A stretch of 64,000 nucleotides of DNA, taken from NCBI GenBank assembly GCA_965153355.1, contig OZ231126.1, positions 35,526,001 through 35,590,000 of the forward strand. The letters run 5' to 3'. A model generated the notes under the pieces. The model searched no databases. It was not told the DNA's origin and saw only the letters and a list, made by a program, of their open reading frames with translations. Shown in pieces: positions 55,066 through 64,000 of the stretch. This DNA comes from Flaccisagitta enflata. Taxonomy: Eukaryota. The position numbers were made by a program, and so were the translations under genes. Numbering within the stretch: position 1 is the stretch's first letter; every line of letters starts with the position of its first letter.

Positions 55066-55642
55066 AGAGGACGCATCTAAAAATGATCAGGGGTGGTTGG
55101 TGAGTGATTGGAGATGGATAAGCGGGATTTTTGAGGTAGGGTTAATGGACATACATATGGACGGACAGACCCTCTTATAGAGATGCGAGGACGCATCTAA
55201 AAATGATCAGGGGTGGTTGGTGAATGATTGGAGATGGATAAGTGGGATTTTTGAGGTAGGGTTAACGGACATAGATACGAACAGACAGACCCTCTTTTAG
55301 AGATGGGATGATGCATCTAAAAATGATCAGGGGTGGTTGGTGAATGATTGGCGATGGATAAGCGGGATTTTTGAGGTAGGGTTAACGGACATACATACGG
55401 ACGGACAGACCCTCTTAAAGAAATGCGAGGACGCATCTAAATATGATCAGGGGTGGTTGGTGAGTGATTGGAGATGGATAAGCAGGATTTTTGAGGTAGG
55501 ATTAACGGACATACATACGGATGGACAGACCTTCTTATAGAGATGCGAGGACGCATCTAAAAATGATCAGGGGTGGTTGGTGAGTGATTGGAAATAGATA
55601 AGAGGGATTTTTGAGGTAGGGTTAACAGACATACATACGGAT
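55066..55642. repeat. 120-bp tandem array (about 5 units), HINE-end derived
   Basis: Unit GAGGACGCATCTAAAAATGATCAGGGGTGGTTGG...GGACAGACCCTCTTATAGAGATGC. Confidence 0.9.
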
Positions 55643-56041
55643 AAGGCCTTGTGTATGGGCTTCATATCCACGGCCTTAATTCGGCCTCGTATGGGCCAAA
55701 ATACGAGCCACAACATTCGGTTTTGTATGGGGCCAAACCCGGATGTAAGTCGGGTTTGTTACGGTTTCCATAGAAACTTAAAAATGACAAGGAAATCTTC
55801 CCTGATGATGAAGCTTAAGGGGTTTCAAACAAAATCGCTTGGTGACAGAAAATGGAGGTACGATTCAGATTATGTATCTGACCATACAACATCCCTACAT
55901 GGGCAGGAGATGAAAGAATGTATTAATGAATGAATGGATTTATGAAAAGGAAAATCACAATGTTTAGATCGCGAGCAATCATTCCAAACAACTTGTTTTT
56001 GAGAACAAAAATATACAAACTAGGAAAGAATCTTTGGTTAA

Positions 56042-56145
<104 letters not shown>

Positions 56146-57162
56146 AATCCTGGATTAGCTTCGATTCTCATTCATTGGGAAAGACCGCGCACAGGTGAGT
56201 TGAGATCCATTTGTTTTCCCCCCAAGAAAGTCATGGCTCATGAACGATCATCCATTAGAATTCCAGAACAGTCATTTATCAGCAAAATTCAATGATCATT
56301 TGCAATGATCAATATGCTTCATGTCTTTCTGTCTATATCTGTGTGCAAACTAGTATTTGTTCAATGTGAGTCTGAAATATGTAAAAAATTGCTGTAAGTA
56401 GGGTGTAGGGATGGTGACCCCATCCACATCGTCCTTTTGGTCCTTCCAATAAATCCCATTTTCTCTCTTGCCAACATGGAATTATGTCTAATCAAAACAA
56501 AGAACCTTTTCATATTAAAGTACAATTTTTTGGGGGCAAAGTGAAAACTTACATGTGTGAAATGCGGAGTGAAAAATGAAAAATGGGAAATAATGAATTC
56601 AGATAACATTAAATGAAATGAGAAGTCAAAAATGAAATGAGAAGTGAAAAATGAAAATCAAGAAATAAAAAGTGAAAAATGAAAAATAAGCAAAAGAAAT
56701 TGAAAAATAAAATGTGAACAATGATAAGTGAGAAATGAAAAGAAAAGAAGGAAGAGTTAAAAGTGAAAAATGAAAAAAAAAATTTAAAATATGAGAAAAA
56801 ATGAAGTACAATAAATCTTGAAATGATGTATGATTCAAAGGATCAAAAGAAATCGGTCATGAATGTTAAAAGAAGAAAAATTAGGACAATTAGAGAACAA
56901 GGCCGTATACACTCCCCCTAAGTCGCGGACGGGTGGGCAGGAGCGGAATAGCAAAAAAACGCTCGCATTTTGATTTGGTTACCGACGGACCGACGGACCG
57001 ACCGACCGACGGACCGACCGACCGACACGGCAAGTTCTAGAGTCACGAGTCCGCGACTAAAAATGTAAAAACCGGGCCGGGCTTGAGGGTAAACCCGGCC
57101 TACGGGCTTGGTCCAAATGCCGTGCCCCGGCCCTCACACGGCCAGGCCCGCAAGTCCTTACA

Positions 57163-58167
57163 CACGGACAGACAGACCCTCTTATAGAGATGCGAGGACG
57201 CATCGAAAAATGATCAGGGGTGGTTGGTGAGTGATTGGAGATGGATAAGCGGGATTTTTGAGGTAGGGTTAATGGACATATATATGGACGGACAGACCCT
57301 CTTATAGAGATGCAAGGACACATCTAAAAATGATCAGGGGTGGTTGGTGAGTGATTGGGGATGGATAAGTGGGATTTTTGAAGTAGGGTTAACAGACATA
57401 CATGCGGACGGACAGACCCTCTTATAGAGATGCGAGGATTCATCTAAAAATGATCAGGGGTGGTTGGTGAGTGATTGGAGATAATTAGCGGTATTTTTGA
57501 GGTAGGGTTAACTGACATACATACGGATGGACAGACCCTCTTATAGAGATGGGAGGACGCTTCTAAAAATGATCAAGGGTGGGTGGTGAGTGATTGGAAA
57601 TGGATAAGCGGGATTTTTAAGGTAGGGTTAACGGACATACATACGAATGGACAGACCCTCTTATAGACATGCGAGGACGAATCTAAAAATGATCAGGGAT
57701 GGTTGGTGAGTGATTGGAGATGGATAAGCGGGATTTTTGAGGTTGGGTTAATGGACATATATATGGACGGACAGACCCTCTTATAGAGATGCAAGGACGC
57801 ATCTAAAAATGATCAGGGGTGGTTGGTGAATGATTGGAGATGGATAAGCAGGATTTTTGAGGTAGGGTTAACTCATAGATACAAACGGACAGACCCTCTT
57901 AAAGAGATGCAATGACGCATCTAAATATGATCAGGGATGGTTGGTGAGTGATTGGAGATGGATAAGCGGGATTTTTGAGGTTGGGTTAACGGATATATAT
58001 ACGGACCGACAGACTCTCGTATAGAGATGCAAGGACGCATCTAAAAATGATCAGGGATGGTTGGTGAGTGATTGGAGATGGATAAGCGGGATTTTTGAGG
58101 TAGAGTTAACGGACATACATACGGAAGGACAGACCCTCTTATAGAGATGCGAGGACGCATCTAAAAA
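57163..58167. repeat. Tandem array of about 119-120 bp (about 8 units), same family as 55066-55642
   Basis: Directly visible; ends at GCATCTAAAAA. Confidence 0.9.
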
Positions 58168-58169
58168 GT

Positions 58170-59358
58170 AATTGTTTGACCTGATCAGTCCAAACTGAAA
58201 AAGCCCAAGCTAGAAAATGTTCTATTAAACAATTCAAAAATTTGAAGGTTGCTACCATTTTTTTAGGGCTCCAAAAATCGTTAAAATGAGCCTATAATTG
58301 ATCGTTTATAAACACAATAATAATGATGTTTATAAACAACAAAAATTAGGTGTTTGTAAACGCTAAATATATTGTGTTCATAAACGCCAAAAGAATAAAA
58401 AAAAAATGTTTATTTGCCCCTTATTTCTTTTGTTTATAGCCACAAAAATGAAAACAAATTTATGGTGCCAAATGAACGATTTTTTGTTTATTTTGAAAGG
58501 AATTTGGGAGCAAATAAACAATTTTGGATGAGGAGGGGGGGAGGAGGAGGAGAGAAATATAAAAATCTGTTTATGAGACCAAATTTATGGTACAAAATAA
58601 ACAAATTCGTTTCTGAGATTCATATTTTTGGTGTTTATAAACACAAAACCTTCTAAAGGAGTGTAATTATTTATGAAAACAAATTTATGGTGCCAAATAA
58701 ACAATTTTTTATTTATTTGGAAAGAAAACTAGGAGCAAATAAATGATTTTGGATGAGGAGGAGGAGGAGGAGGAGGAGAGAAATATAAAAATCTGTTTAT
58801 GAGATCAAATTTATGGTACCAAATAAACAAATTCGTTTATGAGATTCATATTTTTGGTGTTTATAAACACAAAAACTTCTAAAGGAGTGTAAACGTTTAT
58901 GAAAACAAATTTATGGTGCCAAATAAACAAAGTTCTGTTTATTTGGAAAGGAAATTAGGAGCAAATAAATATTTTTTTATTTACAAAAGAAATTGCGGGC
59001 AAATGAGGAGGAGAAGGAGGAAGAGGAGGGATGAGGGAAATATAAAAATCCTTTATACATTATCCATTGCAATTTTTGCGGTTATAGGGGGTCTAAGGGG
59101 GAAATCAACGATTTTTTAATATTTTTTTGGTGTTTGTGAACACAAATTATTTAGCGTTTATAAATACTTAATTTTTGTTGTTTATAAACATCAATATTAT
59201 TGTGTTTATAAACAATCAAATATGGGCTCTTTTTAACGATTTTTGGGGTCAAGAATTAGTAGCAAGTTGCTACTAGCAACCTTCAAAATTTTGACTTTTC
59301 TAATAGAAGATATTTTAGTGTGGACATTTTCAGTTCATACTGATCAGGTCAAACAATT
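58170..59358. mobile_element. Foldback-like element with about 200-bp inverted arms and GTTTATAAAC motifs
   Basis: AATTGTTTGACCTGATCAGT...AAACTGAAAA / TTTTCAGTT...ACTGATCAGGTCAAACAATT, with internal direct repeats of about 230 bp. Outer boundaries are uncertain. Confidence 0.7.
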
Positions 59359-60083
59359 TCTTATTTTCCTACGTTCATGAACAGTGATATGAAGTTGTTT
59401 ATAAACAGAGTTTTTAACTGCCATTTAAACAATTTTTATTTATTTGACTTGCATTTTTGATGTTTATAAACAGTTGTATAGCATTGTTTATAAACGGCGT
59501 TTATTTGGCGTTTATAAATAACACCTAATTCAAGGATGTAATACCCGGAGCACACAGGATCAGTAATAAAGATCGTAAGGTCATTTTATTCAGATGTATT
59601 GATGATTAATAGCCTATAACGCCAAAAAGTTTAAGGACTGACAGACCAACGTAAAGATCAACCAATGGACCGAATAAATGGTTAAGAACCTTGCTCATAA
59701 AAAATGAAATGAATATAATAGAATAAAGCGTCAGTGACATCGATTGGAGAAAATGGGAAAAATTGTGTGTCATCATTTCCAGGGGATGAAATGGAGTAGT
59801 CATTAACTGGCGCGTCTCTACAACCGTCAAAATTGGATGTTTCGAGAGAGAGTGAGCGAAGTAAGTGAACGAGCCTGTGAACAGACTAAGCAACGTGGCC
59901 GCGTACGTGGGGAGCTGCGAAGCGAGTGAATGGAGAAAGCGGTGCGAGCGAACGAACAAAGAGAGCGACCGCGTGCCCCTTTAGAAACGCGATTTTCAGC
60001 TTTGTAGTATGAAGAAACACGTCCTTAGACAGGCTTAGGCATTGTTCACGTGACGTTTTTTTGACATCTGGTCGACGTCTAAA

Positions 60084-63015
<2,932 letters not shown>

Positions 63016-63076
63016 CTGAAAATTGGGAATAAGTAATTAGAAAGTTACATATTCTGATTATATGAAGGGTGCTAGC

Positions 63077-63415
63077 TAGGGTGACTGAAAATATGGTCAT
63101 ATTTGAATCTGGTCTCCCTCGCGGGAGAAATGATACCATTTCCATCACAGATGACACCCCTAAAATCTGGTGGCAATCAAATGAAGTTTACTCATGGCCG
63201 CAACCCCCCCTCATTTCCCATAGAAAATGTACAGGAAGGATTTTGGCCTCTGCAGCTTCCTATCTTTTATAATGGGAATGGGGTGGGGTTGCGGCCATAA
63301 GTAAACTTTGTCTGATCATATCCAGATTTTAGAGTTACCATCTATGATGGAAATGGTCACATTTCTCCCGCAAGGAAGACGAGATTCGGATTTGACCATA
63401 TTTTAAGTCACCCTA
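63077..63415. mobile_element. hAT-type MITE
   Basis: About 75-bp TIRs starting TAGGGTGACT / ending AGTCACCCTA; perfect 8-bp target duplication GTGCTAGC (63069-63076 and 63416-63423). Confidence 0.9.
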
Positions 63416-64000
63416 GTGCTAGCGCCCGTTTAGCAACAATTGCTACTGCCCTGATTAGAAATCTATAGCTATGGTGGCTACCGAATGGTACAGTAAAACA
63501 CAATTTCCAAGGTTCCTAAGTACCTTTTGTATGGTATACAAAATCAAATGAATTCATCTTTTTAAATCTAATCTATCTACCTGTTGCAACATTATTGTTA
63601 TTATCATTTAATATTCTTTTTTTACTCACCTACACATGTATAATCAAAGAACGGTAAGAACCCATGGGAAATGTTTGATTGGAACATTATACGGGGTGTT
63701 CTGATTTTAAGAGTTACAACTGAAAGTGCTTATATACTGTAAGTAGTATGTTTACAATGCAATGCATAAAAAAGATACAAGCTTTAGTTCACGTTTTAGT
63801 GACTTAAAGTTATTTTTTCTAGGTTTCTCTTGAGAGCATTTAAAAGAGTTTTAAAAAATGAAAAAATTTCCACCAAGCCCAAAGAGTTTGATCCATTTGT
63901 CTAAATTTTATAATAAAACAAAGATAAGGTATCAAAAACAGCAATCAAAATTATGATCTTTTTTTGCTGTTCTCAAAAAGGGACTGTTTTTACTAGAATT

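Noticed and set aside
63629-63700. Possible upstream exon of the kringle gene (AG...GTGAGT on the minus strand)
   Set aside because: The only open frame ends in phase 1, does not join the phase-0 PWCY exon, and lacks the expected NYCRNPD kringle motif.

Overview
Repeat-rich animal (metazoan) genomic DNA with GT-AG introns; almost all ORF-track entries are spurious readings of satellites and microsatellites. Four spliced genes can be reconstructed by hand. (1) A 15-exon + strand gene (2139-9507, about 1075 aa in the window, 5' end upstream) encodes a tyrosine recombinase (SAM-like core-binding plus catalytic domain, Crypton-type) with a long low-complexity tail. It lies among related 24-bp satellite arrays (1-1965, 4690-5537, 9875-12515) and is followed by a palindromic terminus (13343-13562). 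That terminus also caps a 6.4-kb non-coding element at 44241-50644. (2) Importin-5 (IPO5/karyopherin beta-3) on the - strand (8 exons, 24788-15298) is cut mid-exon by a satellite. (3) The first coding exon of a metabotropic glutamate receptor-type class C GPCR lies at 43088-43342 (+). (4) A 6-exon 3' portion of a kringle plus Cys-rich-repeat protein lies at 63015-60084 (-). Sequence from about 24976 to about 41050 is a noisy mirror image of the IPO5 locus, folded at about 24975 and roughly a fifth to a quarter shorter. It is most probably a long-read fold-back artefact, and it carries the IPO5 3' exons missing from the clean copy. The rest is MITEs (hAT-like and TA-flanked), Helentron-associated (HINE/DINE-1-like) repeats and tandem repeats. 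The most promising candidate new system is the recombinase, its dyad arrays and the shared-terminus element family; this link is inferred, not demonstrated.
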